Shown: one piece after another, positions 63,865 to 64,000 of the stretch
Position numbering within the stretch: position 1 is the stretch's first letter
How the letters are laid out: the number at the start of each line of letters is the position of its first letter
NCBI GenBank assembly: GCA_016187385.1
Contig: JACPJU010000001.1
Location: forward strand, 8,348-72,347
Source: Candidatus Aenigmatarchaeota archaeon
Lineage (GTDB): Archaea; Aenigmatarchaeota; Aenigmatarchaeia; CG10238-14; SCSR01
Length of the DNA: 64,000 nt
Direction: 5' to 3'
Notes under the pieces: model-generated
The model's input: only the letters and a program-made list of their open reading frames with translations
Databases searched by the model: none
What the model was told of the DNA's origin: nothing
Made by a program: the position numbers and the translations under genes

Positions 63865-64000
63865 ACAGATCTTATCTAGAAATCCATTCTTTTTCTTTTA
63901 TACCTTCTTTTTTATTTGTCCATCGAGCTAGAGCAAACAGCAAATCTGACAACCTGTTAATATAAGGAATTACATTCTCGTTTAAATTGTTTTCCTTTGA

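Noticed and set aside
1-64000. CRISPR arrays, rRNA genes, IS/transposase or integrase genes
   Set aside because: I looked for evenly spaced direct repeats, rRNA-like conserved stretches, and DDE/tyrosine-recombinase motifs in the ORF translations. None was seen. The only mobile-element-like signal is the gatE 3'-end duplication.

Overview
This 64 kb window looks like an AT-rich archaeal chromosome segment from a small, streamlined genome, possibly DPANN-like. Evidence for that includes a fused PriS-PriL primase, many overlapping start/stop codons, and a fragmented ribosomal-protein cluster. I cannot run searches, so every protein call rests on motifs I recognise in the supplied translations.

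Confident housekeeping genes include:
- Replication and ribosomal proteins: fused PriS-PriL primase, eL42/eS27, the Rpp29-uS17-uL14-uL24 and eS4-uL5 block, uL30-uL15-SecY-DUF106-eL34, and eL14-Cbf5.
- RNA and translation factors: RtcA, a beta-CASP RNase, TyrRS, SerRS, GatD/GatE, a MiaB-like methylthiotransferase, a DRG-like and a YchF-like GTPase, and an intron-containing tRNA-Ser(UGA).
- Metabolism and transport: PyrG, an MFS transporter, an ABC ATPase/permease pair, a HAD hydrolase and a sugar-phosphate isomerase-type TIM barrel.
- A polyamine/hypusine cluster: a PLP fold-III decarboxylase, deoxyhypusine synthase and agmatinase.

The accessory-looking content is:
- A 1019-aa secreted multi-domain protein inserted inside the ribosomal-protein operon.
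- A RelE-type toxin/antitoxin pair.
- A wHTH / unknown 358-aa / Nif3 / SET-domain operon.
- A small two-gene cassette bracketed by a ~58-bp duplication of the gatE 3' end, which looks like an integration scar.
- Nucleotidyltransferase(NTase)/HEPN paralogs.
- A dense cluster of perfect 16-18 bp palindromes of the form TGTC-N8-GACA in three intergenic regions near the primase.
- A block at 53.8-59.1 kb with no recognisable families: a coiled-coil protein, two paralogous ~170-aa proteins (GPNP...REFRWD...EECR), a 57-aa membrane peptide, and two adjacent cysteine-free proteins of 589 and 607 aa. This is my best candidate for an undescribed system.

No CRISPR array, rRNA or transposase was seen.
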